Of a stretch of 64,000 bases of DNA, positions 62,636 to 64,000 are shown piece by piece (positions within the stretch are counted from its first letter, which is position 1; the number at the start of each line of letters is the position of its first letter). The stretch is from NCBI GenBank assembly GCA_030390025.1, contig CM059437.1, positions 83,018,001-83,082,000 on the forward strand, given 5' to 3'. Made by a program: the position numbers and the translations under genes. The DNA comes from Squalus acanthias. Its lineage: Eukaryota. A model generated the notes under the pieces. It searched no databases, was not told where the DNA came from, and saw only the letters and a list, made by a program, of their open reading frames with translations.

Positions 62636-64000
62636 GTGAACGTAACCACATCACATAATTTCTCTAACAAAACTAAATTTAAACACAATCAATAAACATG
62701 GATGGAAATTACATTAAAATGTACCTTAACGTAAACACTCAGTTACAGCAGTTACCTTATGAGAATACACATTGCTATTCCTGCCAATGGCTCAGTGAGT
62801 ATGTGACACATGGACCACTTGGGTGAGGTGCCAGAGGGCTGTGAACACCCATGGCACCATATCCCCGAATGAGTCAGTCCTTCAGGAAAAGAGGGGAGAA
62901 AATTTGTAAAATTCAAAGTAAATCCTTGTGGATTCTCCCAATGAATCCACATAGAGTGTATTTTGTTTCCTGCGAAGCTTCCATTCTTACATAGCATCAG
63001 AGATAGCACTGATGGCAACCAGGGAGACAACTGGAGACTGGATCCTCCCATTCCCCAAAGAAGTTAGTGTTGGAGCTTGGGAGAACGAAAGAAGGGGGGC
63101 GGGGGGGATACAGAGAGGTAATATTATTGGTGACATTGAACAGTTGCCCAGAACAGTTGGATACAGGTACAAGAAGCATGAACTCATGTTCATTAAAATA
63201 GGGTGGCAGAGGCAGAGAAAAGGATGACTCCATTAATGAGTTAGTCCCACAATCCATTCGGACATTTACTTGTGCCTGGCTCATAAACTCCATCCACATC
63301 TTCACAGCCAGCGCATGATAGTGTGCGAAGTCAAGATAGCAGGAGAAAAAAATATTAATGCCAAATTAAAAACTAGCCATACTTTACAAAACTGCTGATT
63401 TAGACATGTCTCGCCAGGGTTAAACAGGGCAAGCAGCGGTTAGAGTGTGTCTGCCGGCGTTAGCCATTTTAATCAAGTCTAGTCCGTGGTCGACATAAAA
63501 ATGCACCTTGACGTGAACTCATTGCAACAATCTTACGACAATATAAACAGACGGGGCTAACTAGGGTTAGATAGGGTCAGCCCCTCTCGTGGTCGAAGGC
63601 AGAAACAAAGTCTCATGTGACAGATCAGCAGGAGTGTTGTCACCTCCAGAACCCTGTTCTTCTCCAGATCTTTGGGAACATTTCACAGGATGAGTTTCCC
63701 CCCCCCCCCCCCCCCCCCACAGGAGCAGACGCGATGAATTAAAAACAGAATCGGGCTTCATTAAATTTAGGAAAAATTCCTATGAAACCCGGATATTTAT
63801 TCTGAACTCCAACCTCTGCAACTTGCCATAGATCGCGACATTTAAGAGTTCAAAGAGCCGGCTCCCTGGCCCAGCGACCCCACTCATGATTATTAAACTG
63901 TAGCAAAATTCAGTATCAATAAAAACTGTTAACGTGAAAGATCAGACTTTACTGCGAGGGGTGAGGATCGGAGGTGATTCAGCAACAAGTTTAAAACAGC

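Noticed and set aside
59580-64000. P2RX2 exon 1 (YxTPK motif plus TM1)
   Set aside because: No YETPK/LG-like reading found on the minus strand. The SPK-containing ORF at 62752-63051 is SINE-derived and has the wrong spacing, so exon 1 is probably outside the window.
63360-64000. CpG-containing segment as the P2RX2 promoter
   Set aside because: No exon 1 nearby, and it looks more like an unclassified repeat truncated by the window edge; cannot be supported.

Overview
Eukaryotic, repeat-dense vertebrate DNA. The repeat complement (HE1-like V-SINEs, SacSINE1-like DeuSINEs, shark-type CR1/L2 LINEs, Penelope elements) points to a cartilaginous fish, most likely a shark. The only host gene I can support is a P2X purinergic ATP-gated channel on the minus strand, best matching P2RX2. 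I reconstructed ten consecutive coding exons (canonical exons 2-11, from 59579 down to 13665) with AG/GT boundaries and compatible phases, plus a candidate terminal exon at 9812-9907. Exon 1 is not recognisable and probably lies beyond 64000. The introns hold CR1, L2 and RTE LINE fragments (one young CR1 with an unbroken 764-aa ORF), Penelope-like elements carrying minimal hammerhead-ribozyme motifs, a decayed two-gene PIF/Harbinger transposon, several Harbinger-type MITEs with 3-bp TSDs, a solo LTR and minisatellites. An LTR with a tRNA-Arg-like PBS lies downstream of the gene. I see no convincing wholly new biological system. The best leads are the P2X2 C-terminal exon architecture and residue changes, the hammerhead motifs, a promoter-like intronic CpG/minisatellite module, a V-SINE tail swap, and inverted repeats in the pre-mRNA. 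Repeat family names are from recall, not database searches, and repeat boundaries are approximate unless a TSD or TIR is quoted.
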